From Bacteroidota bacterium (GTDB lineage: Bacteria > Bacteroidota > Ignavibacteria > Kapaibacteriales > UBA2268): a stretch of DNA of 58,366 bases. The translations under genes and the position numbers were made by a program. Positions 57,012 to 58,366 of this stretch are shown in pieces. Every line of letters starts with the position of its first letter. Position 1 is the stretch's first letter. The notes under the pieces are model-generated. The model was given only the letters and a program-made list of their open reading frames with translations. It had not been told where the DNA came from and ran no database searches. The stretch covers positions 1-58,366 of the forward strand of contig JBDQHL010000004.1 of the NCBI GenBank assembly GCA_040264895.1, written 5' to 3'.

Positions 57012-57359
57012 TTACTTATATGATGTTGCAATAATATAACTTACACCATTCGAAGACTTTACATTACCTTCAATGGTTACTTGTTTACCAGCGTTTCGTA
57101 CTAAGTTTTTTGCATCTACATTACCAGCTGCATTTAATACATAATAGAGCTTTCCATTAGAGTTGAATACTAGCGGTTGCCCTGCTTTGTATAATTCTTT
57201 TGCTCTATTAATATCTACGCCACCATCTTGACCTAAAACTTCAGAAGTAAGACTAACAGTCTCACCTGTGATTCCCGATTGTGCATTGATATCAACTTGA
57301 GTTAGTGCAAGACCAACCAAAGAAACTGATACCAAAATTGCTACGAATAATTTTCTCAT
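57012..57359 (-). CDS. small secreted protein, paralog of the C-terminal domain of 56461-57000
   Basis: Signal peptide. Shared blocks are RAKELYKAGQPLVFNSNGKLYYVLNAAGNVDAKNLVRNAGKQVTIEGNVK against RVKELVMAGQYVGFLTNGQFYMVYNAAGNYDWKNLARVVDQELVTIQGKVK. Confidence 0.6.
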   Translation of the reverse strand: MRKLFVAILVSVSLVGLALTQVDINAQSGITGETVSLTSEVLGQDGGVDINRAKELYKAGQPLVFNSNGKLYYVLNAAGNVDAKNLVRNAGKQVTIEGNVKSSNGVSYIIATSYK

Positions 57360-57378
57360 TTTTTATACCTTTTTATTA

Positions 57379-58296
57379 TTATTTCTTAGCGTAAGGAAAA
57401 CCAGCGTTAGCTTGGTAAGAGATAGTTACTTCAACGTATTGGTCATCACCAGTACCTTGTAGGAAAGAACCATCAACTGATTTTACAAACAACTTAGCAT
57501 AGTTGTAAGTATCACCATTTGGAACTCTTGCATACATTACTACACCAGCTTTTTGTCCTGAAGAAGCAGCAGATAAGTCTTCTACTCTTGCAGAGAAAGA
57601 TTTTGTATCTAATGTTTCAGACTCAAATCTGTCATTTAAACCGTCAGCAGGGTATAAAACTGAAGAGATTTCTGCAGACATAGTTGCAGTAGCAGCACCA
57701 TTATAAGCTGTCATAGAAGCAGAACCAAAGTTTACTTCGCCAGAAGTTTTAGTGTCTAAAGCTAAGTTCCACATTGCGATATCTGAAACAGTCATTAATT
57801 CTGGCTCTTCAAATGTATCATCATATAATTTTAAACCACTACCAAATGAAGATGTATGAGAATAAACTTTAATAGTCTCTGCATCAATCATATCAAATCT
57901 CATTGCAGGTGCCCAATTAATTGATACAACTGTTGAAGATTCACCATTAGTATAATTTGTAACTACTTCAAAAGTATAAACTTTGTCTTCATCTAATCCA
58001 GTTACCGGGAAAGGAGCTCCCGCATCATCTGCATCCATAGTTGGTGCATCAACTGATCCAGTGCCTTCTGGGTAATAAGTTACTGTATAGTTCTGAAATA
58101 AATCAGTGTCCAAATCACCTGGTGCATTCCACATAAGGTGAACTGTTGCTTCGTCAGCCGACGTAGCCATTAAGTTAATCGGTGCACTTGGTGTTTCGTC
58201 TTCAGTAGGACCTACTGAGTCTTCTTCACAAGCGTTAAACGCGAACATAACTGCTACTAAAGCAGCTAATAATGAAAATCTTTTTATCATATTCAT
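57379..58296 (-). CDS. lipoprotein with fibronectin type III-like domain
   Basis: Lipobox-like FNACEED. FN3 pattern PSAPINLMATSADEATVHLMWNAP...YTVTYYP...VTGLDEDKVYTFEV. The C-terminal beta-rich domain is unknown. Confidence 0.6.
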   Translation of the reverse strand: MNMIKRFSLLAALVAVMFAFNACEEDSVGPTEDETPSAPINLMATSADEATVHLMWNAPGDLDTDLFQNYTVTYYPEGTGSVDAPTMDADDAGAPFPVTGLDEDKVYTFEVVTNYTNGESSTVVSINWAPAMRFDMIDAETIKVYSHTSSFGSGLKLYDDTFEEPELMTVSDIAMWNLALDTKTSGEVNFGSASMTAYNGAATATMSAEISSVLYPADGLNDRFESETLDTKSFSARVEDLSAASSGQKAGVVMYARVPNGDTYNYAKLFVKSVDGSFLQGTGDDQYVEVTISYQANAGFPYAKK

Positions 58297-58366
58297 AAAA
58301 AAATTCCTCCAATAAAAATGTTAATAAAATATAATTTTTGTTTCTTATTCTAAATTTATAAATAAT

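Overview
Low-GC, gene-dense chromosomal window. By inference it comes from a member of the FCB superphylum (Bacteroidota/Ignavibacteriota/Balneolota-like): two proteins end in type IX secretion (T9SS) C-terminal sorting domains, and sigma-54, a lipoprotein azurin and paaABCD are present. Most of the window is housekeeping: thiolase, an ABC importer, rpoN, paaABCD, lysC, nhaA, cysS, uppP, a cyclophilin, engB, gmhA, tRNA-Thr(UGU), ppa, trkAH, pyrE, an M28 peptidase, an MCE/MlaD protein and a nucleotide-sugar dehydrogenase. The best candidate for an undescribed system is the cell-envelope cluster at 40.2-47.2 kb. It encodes a 765-aa inner-membrane-anchored protein with a glutamate buried in its single TM helix, two distantly paralogous secreted proteins with beta-barrel-like C-terminal halves, and a vWA+OmpA_C peptidoglycan-binding protein. 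A second vWA+OmpA_C paralog lies 2 kb away on the other strand. I recognise no characterised family for the first three proteins. Other notable items are a cNMP-binding domain fused to aspartate ammonia-lyase, an unusually long acidic sigma-54, a divergent DHODH-like gene coupled to rpoN, an orphan EgtD-like methyltransferase and an isolated 3-hydroxyanthranilate dioxygenase. There is also a decayed IS3 element with a 3-bp target duplication and a decayed IS1595 scar next to the tRNA. Four non-IS genes are split by frameshifts, three of them at homopolymer runs, which indicates either sequencing error or slipped-strand variation. No CRISPR array, rRNA or obvious defence genes were seen. All family assignments come from motif recognition by eye; no searches were run.
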